DNA of 64,000 nt from Macrostomum lignano (Eukaryota), in the NCBI GenBank assembly GCA_002269645.1, contig NIVC01001677.1, forward strand, positions 124,001 through 188,000. Reading direction: 5' to 3'. Below the pieces are notes generated by a model. It worked only from the letters and a program-made list of their open reading frames with translations, was not told the DNA's origin and did no database searches. A program made the position numbers and the translations under genes. Shown in pieces: positions 62,330-64,000 of the stretch; within the stretch, counting starts at the first letter, position 1, and each line of letters begins with the position of its first letter.

Positions 62330-63190
62330 GTCGCCGTTTTAAAAATGCTTCAATTTCTTGTATCTGTTTGATACAATTTCCATTTTAATAACTGTCGCCG
62401 TTTTAAAAATGCTTCAATTTCTTGTATCTGTTTGATACAATTTCCATTTTAATAACTGTCGCCGTTTTAAAAATGCTTCAATTTCTTGTATCTGTTTGAT
62501 ACAATTTCCATTTTAATAACTGTCGCCGTTTTAAAAATGCTTCAATTTCTTGTATCTGTTTGATACAATTTCCATTTTAATAACTGTCGCCGTTTTAAAA
62601 ATGCTTCAATTTCTTGTATCTGTTTGATACAATTTCCATTTTAATAACTGTCGCCGTTTTAAAAATGCTTCAATTTCTTGTATCTGTTTGATACAATTTC
62701 CATTTTAATAACTGTCGCCGTTTTAAAAATGCTTCAATTTCTTGTATCTGTTTGATACAATTTCCATTTTAATAACTGTCGCCGTTTTAAAAATGCTTCA
62801 ATTTCTTGTATCTGTTTGATACAATTTCCATTTTAATAACTGTCGCCGTTTTAAAAATGCTTCAATTTCTTGTATCTGTTTGATACAATTTCCATTTTAA
62901 TAACTGTCGCCGTTTTAAAAATGCTTCAATTTCTTGTATCTGTTTGATACAATTTCCATTTTAATAACTGTCGCCGTTTTAAAAATGCTTCAATTTCTTG
63001 TATCTGTTTGATACAATTTCCATTTTAATAACTGTCGCCGTTTTAAAAATGCTTCAATTTCTTGTATCTGTTTGATACAATTTCCATTTTAATAACTGTC
63101 GCCGTTTTAAAAATGCTTCAATTTCTTGTATCTGTTTGATACAATTTCCATTTTAATAACTGTTGCCCTTTTAAAAATGCTTCAACTTCT
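62330..63190. repeat. 64-bp AT-rich tandem array, about 13 near-identical copies
   Basis: Unit GTCGCCGTTTTAAAAATGCTTCAATTTCTTGTATCTGTTTGATACAATTTCCATTTTAATAACT; one or two diverged copies at ~63350-63440. Confidence 0.97.
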
Positions 63191-63873
63191 TGTACTCCCT
63201 ATGACTTTTTTAACTAATGCAATCCTAAGTTTGTTAAACGTGTAGTTTAAGAATGTACTTCCGGACTTAAATTAGTTTCAATGACTTTGCAGTTAGTTTA
63301 ATTAGGTTTAAATCTTTTGCGTTAAGGCAAGCGAAATGATGCGGTATTTATTTTCAAAATGCTTCAATTTCTTATATCTGTTTGATACAATTTCCATTTT
63401 AATAACTGTTGCCGTTTTAAAAATGCTTCAACTTCTTGTATCCCTGAGTGTGCGTTGTTTTTCTTTCGTAACTAATGCAGTTTAACCCATAGTTTAGTAA
63501 AGCTAAATAAATTCGTTTGAACCAGGGTTTTTTTAATAAAATGGAATCGTAAACCTTTTTTATCTTCTGTTTCTTGAGAATTTCTGTTTTAATTAGCCCA
63601 AAATAACAGTTTGAAACTCATAAATTTTCTACAAAGAAAGAGGTCTAACTAAACCAACTGTTTTTTTGCGGTCCACCTAACCCGGTCCCCAAAACGTAGT
63701 TAGTGAACCGCCACAGTTTCCACGAACTGGCTATTCCGTCAAGTTAACAAAAAGATAACCCTAGCTAGCCTTTCGCGTTGTCAAAACAGACTCTATTTTT
63801 TAACCGGAATTGCGTGGTCCACGTAACGCATTAACATAACTCAGGTCCCGCTAAACACACAGACAGTCGTAAG

Positions 63874-63875
63874 AG

Positions 63876-63932
<57 letters not shown>

Positions 63933-63933
63933 T

Positions 63934-64000
<67 letters not shown>
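63874..64000. repeat. (GTCT)n microsatellite, right flank of the YR element
   Basis: AGTG then a GTCT run to the window end, same orientation as the left flank. Confidence 0.98.

Larger units (their letters stand above)
46418..63873 (+). mobile_element. ~17.5-kb tyrosine-recombinase (Crypton-like) element inserted in (GTCT)n
   Basis: Left end ACTGTCTGTGTGTTTACGTGGAC (46422-46444) and right end GTCCCGCTAAACACACAGACAGT (63845-63867) are inverted repeats matching at 20/23. AGTG occurs at both junctions (46414-46417, 63874-63877). Same-orientation GTCT arrays lie on both sides, and a YR ORF lies inside. Confidence 0.78.

Overview
This is repeat-rich eukaryotic (metazoan) genomic DNA, with GT-AG introns, SINE/hAT/Tc1/Gypsy debris and many micro- and minisatellites; the species cannot be determined from the window. 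Four host-type genes are supported: a divergent class C GPCR (2667-5348), SPRING1/C12orf49 (7311-13637, 4 exons rebuilt by hand), a lectin-like type I membrane protein (33922-35088, minus) and a Thr-rich mucin-like type I membrane protein (40648-42862, minus). The main result is a ~17.5 kb element (~46418-63873) sitting inside a (GTCT)n microsatellite. It has imperfect inverted ends and a 4-bp AGTG junction repeat. It carries one long, phase-compatible 13-exon gene model (47861-62136), most of which the ORF track misses. The predicted protein has a histone-H1-like Lys-rich start, 8 tandem symmetric exons, a complete DBF4-like module (motifs N, M, C), a Zn-finger-like segment, a Crypton-type tyrosine recombinase and a Myb/SANT-like tail. 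Most of its introns are filled with a 71-bp satellite containing the element's own end motif. Two 1-nt frameshifts interrupt the model as assembled. All family assignments are by motif recognition; no database search was run.
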